DNA of 64,000 bases from Antedon mediterranea. Taxonomy: Eukaryota > Animalia > Echinodermata. The position numbers and the translations under genes were made by a program. Position 1 is the stretch's first letter. Each line of letters opens with the position of its first letter. Location: positions 17,332,912-17,396,911 of the forward strand of contig NC_092675.1 in NCBI RefSeq assembly GCF_964355755.1, given 5' to 3'. Below, in pieces: positions 1-11,046 of the stretch. The notes below the pieces were generated by a model. That model saw only the letters and a list, made by a program, of their open reading frames with translations. It was not told where the DNA came from and ran no database searches.

Positions 1-589
1 GACTTCCAGTCAAAGTTTTCGATCAAAACATATCTCATAATGCAACGCACTTGTTTGGCTACTCTGTATGCATAATCATAAAACTTCCTCGCGATCTGAG
101 TGTAAACACCTTCTCAACCATGACGAGTTGTAAACAATCCTAATTAGCATCATGCATAATGCATACTCGTGGTTTGAAATCTTTGTTTACTTTCGCTCAT
201 GACAATTTTCCAGACGAAATTTAATTAAATTTATTTACCTGTTACGTAAACTTGTTGTTTTTGGCTCGAATTTTCGACTTAAAGTGAATGACTTTAATAT
301 TACTTTGATATGGCCAATTTAAATTTAGAATATTTATACAAATACAAAAAATAAAATACAATCATGTGGTACAGATTTTTGAACATGTTTCCTTCGCGGG
401 ACCACATGTCCAAATCACTCACGCCGATACATCCTGATGTACATCAAAATAATAGTACCAAAATCAATCGAATGATTTCTCAAAATTGACACACTGTGGA
501 GAACTCATTGGAATGAGATGAAACAATAGGATTTACTGCTTCTCGCCTAAAACAAATTTAGTTTAATTTTAATAGTATAAAAATAATAC

Positions 590-850
590 TTCAATCTTAT
601 ATGGCGCTTAATGCACAAATTCTCTAAGACCTTCACCTCAGTCATTTTTGGGATCAAACAGTTTTGGAAACATTCTCCCAGTAATCAGCGCAGTTGTTTT
701 TTGACCTATACCAGGTACCCATTTATGCACCTCGGTGGAGAGAGCCAAACGTACAGTAAGTAAAGTGTCTTGCCTAAGGATACAAGCAATGCAACAAGCT
801 TTGAATTCGAACTCACGATTAATAGTTCAACGTCCAACACACTGTGCCAT
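590..850 (-). mobile_element. Degenerate tRNA-derived CORE-type SINE
   Basis: Minus strand reads a B-box remnant (gagttcgaattc) then tccttaggcaagacactttac...ctctctccaccgaggtgcataaatgggtacc, which resembles the SINE CORE domain. Boundaries are approximate. Confidence 0.55.
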
Positions 851-1599
851 ATTTAGAACTTCTCGAGACTTCATAAATCATAGTTAGTATTGTGTAAAAA
901 TTTAGAATGTAAAACACTTGAAGGCTATTGTTAACATTTTCTAATATTGGAAATTTAAGCTTGACAATCAATCTTTATTTTCCATTATAAAAACATACAT
1001 AACAAATTAAGATGTTGCACTACCTTTACATAACAGCACACAGTACTACATATTGAAAAAAAGACACAATTTGCATTACAGAAATGAACAATTTGGTAAT
1101 GGATATTATTATTATACATTGCTTCAAGTATTTAAGGTGAAAGTTGATACAATTTCACATCACATTCTCATTAGATACCGTCTCCTTTAACTGTATATAA
1201 TGTTAATGTTTTCTATTTCTTTTGTAATATATTCCTGATGATCTGTGTGTTACATGTATTTGTTACATTTAGTTAATCATTTAAGATTGAAGCGTTCCTT
1301 GTGGGTTTTGGGATGATTTAAAAAGCTTTTAAAGATGGATGATCTAAGCTGTTTATAATGGAAATTCATTATTTAAGCATTATTTAAAAAGACAAATAGC
1401 CTGAGGTTTAAATAGGTTCATCTCCTTCATAGATGGATTGTAGTATTCAACAAATTGCTAAATATAGTTAGTAGATTAGTATAATGCATTTGTTTTTATT
1501 AAAAACACAATACAAAAGGTATAAGATTATATATGCAACCAATACAAAGAAAACCAGAAATCAGACTACATAATGTTCTCACATCATGGGTTCCATATA

Positions 1600-1655
1600 T
1601 ACAGCCATACAGTGTTAAAACACCGGTTCTCGTCAGATCACCGAAGTTTAGACAA
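1600..1655 (+). pseudogene. 5S rRNA 5' fragment
   Basis: tacagccatacagtgttaaaacaccggttctcgtcagatcaccgaagttagacaa matches the first ~55 nt of animal 5S rRNA. The 3' half is absent. Confidence 0.8.
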
Positions 1656-1674
1656 TGATAGTGTAATGATAATA

Positions 1675-1860
1675 TTGGACTAGCATGGTAAAGGCATGGG
1701 TTTCAGTCTATCTGTACTATACTAATTGTATCCTTAGGCAAGATGCTTTACTCTCATTGCCTCGTCCTTTGTATGGGATGTAAACCCTTTGGTCCTGTGA
1801 ACTTGGTACACTATTCGCAGGGAATCGTCTCTGTAATGAATAAACGGACACGTTGTGTGA
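1675..1860 (+). mobile_element. Degenerate SINE body (CORE-like plus Deu-like segment) just downstream of the 5S fragment
   Basis: tgtatccttaggcaagatgctttac is CORE-like. gtcctttgtatgggatgtaaaccctttggtcctg resembles the DeuSINE domain. Confidence 0.45.
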
Positions 1861-2230
1861 TGCCAAGTGGGAGAGTATTTATTGTATGTTGTGCCTTTAT
1901 ATAGAAACATATACAGGTGGTATTTAAATGAAGTATAGCACCATCATATTACGTCCCCCCTTATAGACAAAACTTTTTCATTACAAATTGCATTAATTAC
2001 GTCACAAAAAATATACATTCATTTATAAATACTTAAATAGAAAATAATGATAAATGTATGAATTAATTCTTTTAGCTGGCTGCCATGCATCCGTGGAGGG
2101 CCTAATCTGAATTTCCCCAGTTTCCAGTTAAGCTTGAGGACAAATATAAATACCTTTACCTTCACTTGCTATTGGCAATATAGAATGTTTTAGAATATAC
2201 CATTGTAAGCGTCGGTTTTTCTTCTCTTAG

Positions 2231-2384
2231 ATATATGAGGATTCGTTTGTTCTGCAATCTGTGTTTAAGAGTGCTCGTCAGTGTCTAGAGGAAACTGGTA
2301 AGCTTCCAGGAGAGGTTAGTGAGACCGAAGTAGAAGAGGATGATGATGACGAAGATAATTCTCAGGCTGGTTCAGATTCCGAAG
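2231..2384 (+). CDS. SMARCA4: SMARCA2/4 (brahma/BRG1) exon: end of bromodomain plus acidic tract
   Basis: Flanked by tttttcttctcttag and gtatgt. Translates IYEDSFVLQSVFKSARQCLEETGKLPGEVSETEVEEDDDDEDNSQAGSDSE, matching BRG1/BRM IYEDSIVLQSVF.S.RQ. Ends in phase 1. Confidence 0.93.
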
Positions 2385-2399
2385 GTATGTTGAAATAGA

Positions 2400-2593
2400 C
2401 AGTCAGGGGAAAAAGGCAGAAGGTTTCCTACATTCTACGAGTTTTATCAGATACTTGTAACATGACCACAGTGCAGGTTTTATCAGATACTTGTAACATG
2501 ACCACAGTGCAGGTTTTATCAGATACTTGACACAGTGCAAGTTTTATCAGATACTTGTAACATGACCACAGTGCTGATTTTCTCCCCTAACTG
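2400..2593. mobile_element. Small MITE-like element containing a ~36-bp tandem repeat
   Basis: Imperfect TIRs cagtcaggggaaaaa / ttttctcccctaactg followed by TA. About 3.7 internal copies of gttttatcagatacttgtaacatgaccacagtgcag (2441-2574). Confidence 0.55.
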
Positions 2594-3224
2594 TAGAGGG
2601 TAATACAGACCAGATCACAATACGGTTATTCTTGGGTTGAGCATACAATATGAATTAAAAATATTTAATGTTAAACACCGATAAATTGTTATTCTTTCTG
2701 AAAGCTAAAAATGAAATGGAAAAGCAGATAAAGCACAAAAAAAACATTTCAGTATTCATTCATGTCAAACACAGTAAAATATGTACATGGTTATTTTTCA
2801 TTTCATTATTTTCGTTTAAAAAGTTAAAAATTTACATTCACAAAATTAGTTAAAAAGGTTAAAATAAAAAAATACAGATAAAATTGTGCCCATGACATAC
2901 TGTAGTGGAAAGTGTTGCAAGATGAGAGGCATTCCTAATGGTTTTCTTTTCTATAAAATGCAAATTAAATTCAAATGCTAGACCAGATCAAAACATGATT
3001 CTTTTATATGGTTGGGCATACAATGCAATTTAGAATTATTTACAGAGACCCAGATAAACAGATGGTTGTTGGATTTGAACATAAACTATGAAAACATTAG
3101 AATATGTGCGCTGAAAAACGATTATGCCATTGTGACCTGAGGAAAATAAAATGTTACTGTTCCCTCTATTTTGTGTCTAAGTATGTAATATACAGTACAC
3201 TATATACTGTATACATACTACATA

Positions 3225-4248
3225 CAGTGCAGAATATGTGAAAATAACGGGACCCGCCTTTTATTCCAATTTTTAACATGATGACGTCATCAAAATGAAA
3301 CATGTAGATAGCAATTTTGGAAGGGAATTATCTGAGCAACAACATATCAACGTGTTGAAGAAATTTGGATACATAGAATATGGAAGCGCGCTCTTTTGAA
3401 AGTGTTGAACTATGACGCAAAATATGACTTTTATAATTGAACTAGCCATATGATGACGTCACAACATCCGATGCGCAACATTTGCACATGAATTCGTATC
3501 TACAATTCAACAGCTTTCAGAAAACATTTTAATCATGAGTATCACTTTTTATTCTGAGGACCTATTTAACATATTGAAATTTATTGAAATGATGAAAATA
3601 AGTGACCCAAGTTATTAATGCTTTTGCACATGACAACATTTTAAAAATGGTAAATCATGCGAAAGATAATTGATTGACCTAGACAATATCAAAATATGGG
3701 GTAAATAGAATATGAATAAGTGGAGATGCGCTATATTAAATGTGATGATCTATGACAGAAAAGACAAATATCCTATATTTTATATTCGAGTGGCCAAACG
3801 TGTGCGAAATGTCTAATTCGAAGTGCTAGTATGAGGTGATTTTTAGTCGAAATTGTTTAAAAGTTAGTAAAATTACTAGAAAAGGCTGATGAAACATAAT
3901 TCACACAAAAAAAGATGTAGCCAACGATATGTGCACACCACGCGCGCATAGGTTTAAAATGGCATGAAACGCATGGAAAGTTGATTATGCACATGATATA
4001 AATCACACTTTTGTTGTTTGTTTCAATTTAAATTGTTATATAGTTTTTCATAAAATTCTAACGTCATATAACAAAGTTTCCTGCACATCTTCAGTTTAAG
4101 GTCAACCTTCTGACAAAGTTATACAATGTTATGTTGACAGTTAGAGATACAGTGTTCAACAAAATTCTAGGAAAGAAATAAGAATAAGATAGAAAAAAAA
4201 AGATCCTGACAATAACAAGGGGTTATCCGCCAAGTGCGGATAACCAAT
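3225..4248. mobile_element. Helentron/Helitron2-like non-autonomous element
   Basis: Perfect 10-bp terminal hairpin ggttatccgc-caagt-gcggataacc (4221-4245) preceded by an (aagaat)-type purine tract. Internally repeated atgatgacgtca blocks. Left boundary uncertain. Confidence 0.45.
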
Positions 4249-4531
4249 AAAATTAGTTTTATGATGTTAGATTCAAAATACCTGATATATTAGGTATATA
4301 GATAGAATATTATGTTAAGAGCGACAAGTCGCTGTTGAATGATAACATGAAACATTTTAATGCAAATAAAATTTAAAAATTTATAAAATGTAGAAACATA
4401 TAAAATCAAATCACTTTATTTCTTTCTCAATAGGAAATTTTTTAAAGTATATTTCATAGTATAGTACATACAAATATTAAAAAACATTTGGTTAAAAGAT
4501 ATTAAAATATCTAAGAACACTAAAACATTAA

Positions 4532-7500
4532 GAGTGCTTGTCACCAAAAATCAGACATATTCGTAATTTAGTGGCAAGGGTCAAAATTTCGAATTGGCTC
4601 ATATTTTGCACATTGGTAGACCTTGATGTAAGTAAACCTGATGTGTAGTTTGTTTGGTAAAATATCGCTTAATTTTCGAGAAAATCGAAAAATAACGATT
4701 TTCGGCCAATTTTGTTAATTTTTGGTGTATAATTTACATTAAGTTTATCAGCCTCTGGAAGCCAAATTTTGCAACCTAGCGTTTTAATATTTTACACTTA
4801 CGTTAACTAGCATCTTGACAATAATTTAGTAAAGTTTCCAAAAATTTAATGAAATTCTAATATTTTTACTAATTAATTACTAATTAGCATATATAAAACT
4901 CTTAAAAAGTAGGGTAAAAACAAACGCGTTTTTTTTCATGTGCGACGAATTTTTTTTTAATAAAAAAATCGTCAATCTACTGTTAAGATACTAATATTTA
5001 TGAATCAAGTAAAAACAATTTGGGGAAACTATTTTCCGCTCCGCGCCAGAGCCACAAAGTTGTAAGAAATTCAAAGATTTTATCTGTCGGCAAGATCAAT
5101 CAGATGTACCTATTGTTCTCTATTTACAGATTTAAGGTAAATTTTACTACGAGAAACAAACTTTAAAGGTAAACTGAAAGGTCCTGAATAATTTGGAATT
5201 ACGTTTTAATATAAAAACATCTAAAAATAAATTTCTAGTCAAATTTAAACGACTGACCCATGGAATTAAGCAATTACTACAGTATCTGAGCTCAATATTA
5301 TAACTCGCTTAGCTTCATCCCCTGTTATATTTTCCACTAGGTGAATTTATTCTTATTATTATTATAATATAATAATAATAATATTATTATTTTTTGCACT
5401 ATACGCGCGCATGCGCAGTTTATTTTTATCAACAAAGTGTTCCCTTTGACGTGCGCGTATACGCGAAAATGTTTGATTTGCGCGAATAATTTTGCCTAGT
5501 GGAAAACAGGCTATATAACATAATGTTTTTATCTTCTCATATAGGGAGTATTCGCACAAGCACGTTAACGCTATTTTCCAAGCTCCGCCCACTTTGTAAA
5601 CAACTTGCTGTGCGTGGGCAAGCATTACGAAAAACTTTAGTTACGTGCGTCGAGAACCTTATTTTTAAAAAATAGCGTAAATGAAAACGTTAACCAAAAC
5701 ATGATTAAACATGCCTGGCTAGGCTTAGTCTCTATAAACCCAAGGTATTCCATGATTTGTTTTAATACGTGTGGCGTATGTTGCGTGCGCTACACATGCG
5801 TTGCGTTCTACACTTCCCGTCGAAGCGCGAAATCAAAACGAGCAAGTACGTTAACGCAAATGTTCACTGAACTCTGTTGTTATGCAAATGAGTAGAATGG
5901 TGACATCCGATAACGTTCATGTGCTCGTGCGAAATTTCATAATAATTCGTAGCCTAAACAATAAATTGTTTGTAAACTTGTAAACCATTGTTTCATCCCT
6001 TCGCTTTATTAACAATTTACAGAATCGTCCCACATATTAAATTGTTATTTTAAAGAATTCTTACAGACATAGTTTTACCTTCATTGCTACCTTAATCACT
6101 CGAGCAACTGCACATGGAAACCATCTTTCCCAGCAAATCAATGTATGGCTTCTTGCGCTTTATGGTTATATCTGTGGTCCGGTATCAAGTTCAAGAGAAG
6201 TACACATTTCTTGCAACATTGGCAAAGAGAATCTGGAGAGTTTTTCTTGAGCTTTCAGTTCACAAATATTATGCATTCAAACATTATTGGATGCTGCAAG
6301 CCTATTGTGTCCAGTACGGTTTGCGACAAAAGTTGAATTTTTCCTTTTCCGTTTTTGAATCGTCTCCATTTTCTTCGACTTCGTCACCATCTTCATTACT
6401 ATCGTAATCATCATCTTCGTCATCATCATCATCATGAACGGCTGCATCTGTCCTCCTTTTTTAGCCAAGTGTGAGAAAAAACTTGCAATCTGCTGTTAAA
6501 AATTCAGTCTTGCTACTAAATAGATGTGAACCATCGCTGTGCCTGGCCGATCTCATCTCTCGTGAGACATCACATGGATCAGCTTTCTATCCCGTCTGCT
6601 CTCCAGCGTCAAAAACATCAATAAGGTAGGTTTTCTGTGGTACAGAAAATCGGGGTTTTTTTGCAGAGGACTTTAACGCCCAGCCCATTTGCAGTTTGGG
6701 GCCAATGTCAAACCGTGGCAAATCGTTGGTTCTTGTTGGTTCTGGATTTTTAGAAGTACCCTCTTCTAGTTGTGTTGATTAATTGCATTGCCCTGTCATA
6801 AAGTGTTTCATGTTCTAGTGCGTTCTTGTGATTTTCATAATCTAAGTGTTTCGCTAGGGAAGAGTACCTGATATGACCTAATGCAACCTTGTTCGCGACA
6901 AAAGAACAGTTTGCTGAGGGTGCCAGGACTTTCTTCTCTTTCTATTTGTTCGTCGTCATTTATATCAGCTTGTTCTTCATGAGATGTCTTGGCTTGTATT
7001 CTTGCTTTTACTGCAATAGATGATTTGATTTACTTTAATCAGACGTTGTATCTTGGCTATGAATTAAATTGGGTAGCTTCGAAGGCACACAGAATTTAGT
7101 CAAAAGTAGATTTTGTCCTGCACCAACGCCATACACACCTTCATGGACCTGCTTCCATACTCTATGTTGTTGATGTGACTCACGCCTTTTATTTCCATTT
7201 CCCTGCTGCACAAATAGTACCACTCACTATCGATGCCCGTAAACCTAAACATGTATCTGTGTGCAGCGATTTCCTTCTGGCATGCTTGTAAAGGTAGGAC
7301 TTCAGTGCTCTGTTTGCGGTCTTTTCTATCGCATCCACAAGCTCCGCCGACAACCGATTTAAAAGAACATGAAATCTCCATTTTGTTTGAACTTAAAGCC
7401 ATCAGACAATAATTATATATAAGAATTATTTTCAACACGTCTTTACATTGTAAAACATAAACTAAAATGGATAACAAATCTGTTCCGTTGTCAACGTCAA

Positions 7501-8436
7501 TGAAGATATCGTTATCTATCGAATATACGCAGTAAAGTGTTTTGACTACTGTGGTTAATGTTTTGAAACATTCTCTCGACAAACAGGAAAACGATAACAA
7601 GTTAAAACAAATTTGTTTTTCAGTTTTTTCCTATAAACTATGAGAGGATGGAATAATTTATAATAATGTGGTTTGACAAAGAATAAGCGAGTGATTTTTA
7701 GTTAATTGCTTAATTTCGTATATTGGTTAGTAATTGAAATTTTACCAGAAACGTATTTCTACTTTGTGTTTAAATTGCAACTTAATTCAAAATTTATCTT
7801 TCAAGTTGGTTTCTCGTAATAAAAGTTTGGCTTAATTCGACTTAGATTGCTAAATAGAGAACAATAGGTACATCTGATTGATCTTGCCGACAGATAAAAT
7901 CTTTGAATTTCTTACAACTTTGTGGCTCTGGCGCGGAGCGCAAAATAGTTTCCCCAAATTTGTTTGACTTGATTCATAAATATTAGTATCTAAACTTTAG
8001 ATTGATGACTTTTTTATTTTACAAAAATTCGTCGCACATGAAAAAAAAACCGTTTGTTTTTACCCTACTTTTTAAGAGTTTTATATATGCTAATTAGTAA
8101 TTAATTAGTCAAAATCTTAAAATTTCATCAAATTTTTTGAAACTTTACTAAATTATTGTCAAGATGCTAGTTACCGTAAGTGTAAAATATTAAAACGCTA
8201 GGTTGCTACGTTTGGCTTCCAGAGGCTGTTAAACTCAATGTAAATTATACACCAAAAAGTAACAAAATTGGCCGAAAATCGTTATTTTTCGATTTTCTCG
8301 AAAACTAAGCGATATTTTACCAAACAATCTACACATCAGGTTTACTTACATCAAGGTTTAACAATGTGCAAAATATGAGCCAATTCGAAATTTTGACCCT
8401 TGCCACCTAATGTTTGATTTTTAGTGACTGGCTCTC
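4532..8436 (-). mobile_element. Sola3-type DNA transposon, internally deleted, ~640-bp TIRs
   Basis: TTAA on both sides (4528-4531, 8437-8440) and GAG...CTC termini. Inverted arms at ~4532-5175 and ~7790-8436. Decayed coding remnant inside. Confidence 0.8.
6095..7381 (-). pseudogene. Frameshifted transposase remnant (N- and C-terminal parts, catalytic core missing)
   Basis: MEISCSFKSVVGGACGCDRKDRKQSTEVLPLQACQKEI... starts at 7381. Later segments read MGWALKSSAKKPRFSVPQKTYLIDVFDAGEQTG*KADPCDVSREMRSAR...EFLT and LQHPIMF, with stops and frameshifts. Confidence 0.7.
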
Positions 8437-8578
8437 TTAAACACTTTACTTTAAAACATTAAAAAGGAAATAAATACTAAACATCAAAAAACATCATAAT
8501 AGTATACAGATAAAAAGTCACAATCATTCCTCAAAATAAGGTTAATACTGTTCTACGACATTCACTATTTGCAAATTT

Positions 8579-8618
8579 CCATAATATTTTCGGAGAAACC
8601 ATTCTCCGTCCTCAGCGG
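8579..8618 (-). ncRNA. Minimal type I hammerhead ribozyme motif
   Basis: ccg CUGAGGA c ggagaa-uggu-uucucc GAA aauauu A ugg on the minus strand. Confidence 0.75.
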
Positions 8619-9045
8619 GTTGGCTGACTGATGACTGATTGCTCCCTACTTCTGGACGCAGATTGCGTCCTCGTAGGTGTTTCTAGTAGATAGTCATAGA
8701 CTTTTGAAAGTTCACGGCCCCCGTCTCTGTTTAAGGTTGGACTGGATTCTCTCTTAATGTAAATGGCCTCCCATATTTTTCTGGGAATTAATTTGTCCTC
8801 TCAGCTTAAAACCTTCATGTTAGATTTATCAAGTTCGTGGCCTGTGGTTTTAAGGTGTTCAGCAATTGCAGACTGATTGGAGGGGGTTATTGCAATATGT
8901 TCTTTGATGCGTTCCCCAAAAGTTCCAGTCCAACCTTAAACAGAGACGGGGGGCCGTGAACTTTCAAAAGTCTATGCCTCTCTACTAGAAACACGCCATC
9001 TTTGTCCAGAAGTAGAGAGTCAATGAGTTGTCAGTCAGCCAACAC

Positions 9046-9085
9046 CCGCTGAGGATGGAGAATGGTTTCTCCGAAAATATTATGG
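9046..9085 (+). ncRNA. Minimal type I hammerhead ribozyme motif
   Basis: ccg CUGAGGA u ggagaa-uggu-uucucc GAA aauauu A ugg: catalytic core, 6-bp stem II, palindromic stem III and short stem I. Confidence 0.75.
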
Positions 9086-10187
9086 AAATTTACAAATAGT
9101 GATTGTCGTAGAACAGTATTAACCTTATTTTGATGTCTTCGATTGACACGTATAAATCTCTTTATTCTTGATACATCATTCATTAGTCATTAGATGGAAC
9201 GGTACAAATAAATGAAAATATCTTTGTTTGACTATTGTATGATCTCAGCAAGTTAAGTATTTTTTTTATCTCATTTCATATCTCAATTTACAGGTAGCAT
9301 TTATATTAAAAGCTAGAGTACTATCAGACATAAAATGCAGTGACACACTATGTTAAATAATTGGATTTTTTTCTTTCGAATTTATGAATATTTTATTTAC
9401 ATGACCTTAATCAGTATGTAAAAATAAACTAGATAGTGTGCTGTCACAACGTTGGAATGTGGAATACATTGTATACATTATTTTTAAACATTTTCAGTCA
9501 GAATTTTTTTGTTGTTGTGAAATACACCTGCCAGATCTAGATGATCACCAGCATGTTTAGATTAACCTATACAGTACTTCACAGGTGTGAATCAAAAGCT
9601 CATTATTACATAATTGGAATTTTTCCAAATATGTTTTAAATGTACTGAGTATTGGGTACAATTACATATGATTTGGAAAAACAACTAACATTAACTGACG
9701 CAAAACTACAGTAGAATCCTTTATTGATGGACGTGATAGCGGTTCTACTGTAGGGCAGTTAGTAATATAAAAGTACATTATACTTCGGAATTGGAATAGT
9801 TTTTTGTTTTAATTAAAACCCCTGGTAAGAGGACACCTTCAGAACCCAAAAAGTGTCCCTTTATTTATTTATTTCAACAAAATTTTATGAAGGTGGTCCA
9901 TCCAGCCAAGCTGATCATTAGAGACCCTCACAAAAACACAATTTGGCATTAACATACAATTAAAAATATGCGTGTTCTTTGAAAGCGGTTGCCTGTAATG
10001 TTAAAACATATATAGAATAGAAGAGAGGCTCTATAGTACCACTCTCCTCTATTCACGATCAAAATATTCATCTAATATAATATAAGAAATATTTAATGCT
10101 AGTATAATATGTAGTTATTCTTTATACTGGTATTTTAGTTTTAGCTATGATTAGAATTATACTTATATTACATATTTTTCAAAAAAG

Positions 10188-10357
10188 GTCGTTCAGTGAA
10201 GATGAAGATTAAACTAGGTAAAGATGGAGGTAAAGCCAAACCTAAAGTTAAGAAGCCAGGAGCAAAACGAGGGCGCCCTAGAAAAGCGGTTGTCAGTGAT
10301 GATGACGAAGTATCAGATGATACAGCCACACCACTTCAACAAAGCGAAGCAGAAAAG
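10188..10357 (+). CDS. SMARCA4: SMARCA2/4 penultimate coding exon
   Basis: Phase-compatible with exon 2231-2384. Translates (G)RSVKMKIKLGKDGGKAKPKVKKPGAKRGRPRKAVVSDDDEVSDDTATPLQQSEAEK, matching BRG1 RSVKVKIKLG...VVSDDD. Donor gtatgt. Confidence 0.92.
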
Positions 10358-10629
10358 GTATGTTAAGTCATGCTTCTAAACCAGTTCAAGCACAAACCAA
10401 ATTGCATTGCAACTCAATTAATTTGCATGTACAATGAGCTACTGGTTGATTTAGAGATTCATTTCCTCGTTCCATCCGTTACAATCCCCTTTTCAATTCA
10501 AATCTCTTCTGAAAACTCACCTATTTCAATAGTTATTATTTTCATGTTGCACTATGAGACTCTGGTAAAGAGCACTTTCTTAACATTTAATATTATTATT
10601 ATTCATTTGAAAGTTGGAAACACTATATA

Positions 10630-10803
10630 TGTCGTGTATCGTCGTAGACAAATTAATAAGTACGTTGAGATGAGTATAATAATGAACGTATTTAATGAAA
10701 CCAACTAGTAGTCATGAACAATAGTATAGAACGTTTTGTAGGCTAACCTCGTCAGACCATATGCGCAGTACGCATATATATATGTGTGCGTGCATATACT
10801 ACA
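10630..10803 (-). repeat. 3' LTR
   Basis: 174-bp direct repeat of 16812-16985 with 2 visible substitutions. Adjacent to the PPT. Confidence 0.96.
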
Positions 10804-11046
10804 CTCCTCCTTTCTTATTTTAACGTTACCATTATATCAATAAGCACAATAAACTTTCGTTAATTATTTTGTTAATCAAATAGGTTAATCATCGTGATTA
10901 AATTACTGCTTCTATAGTTCCAGATAGTTCTTATTTGGTTCCTCATAATAATTAACAAATGTGAGTAATTCTCACCATTATAATTTTGTGTAAAAACATG
11001 AACAACATAACTTTAACGTTTATAATAATAACATTGTTCACAAGTT

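Larger units (their letters stand above)
8531..9170. mobile_element. Penelope-like element (PLE) 3' fragment with inverted pseudo-LTR
   Basis: 8531-8745 is an inverted repeat of 8925-9133. Minus strand encodes a GIY-YIG C-terminus: GTFGERIKEHIAITPSNQSAIAEHLKTTGHELDKSNMKVLS*EDKLIPRKIWEAIYIKRESSPTLNRDGG. Confidence 0.85.

Noticed and set aside
8523-9181. ATCATTC as the TSD of the Penelope fragment
   Set aside because: The 7-mer is offset from the repeat ends and could arise by chance, so it is not asserted.
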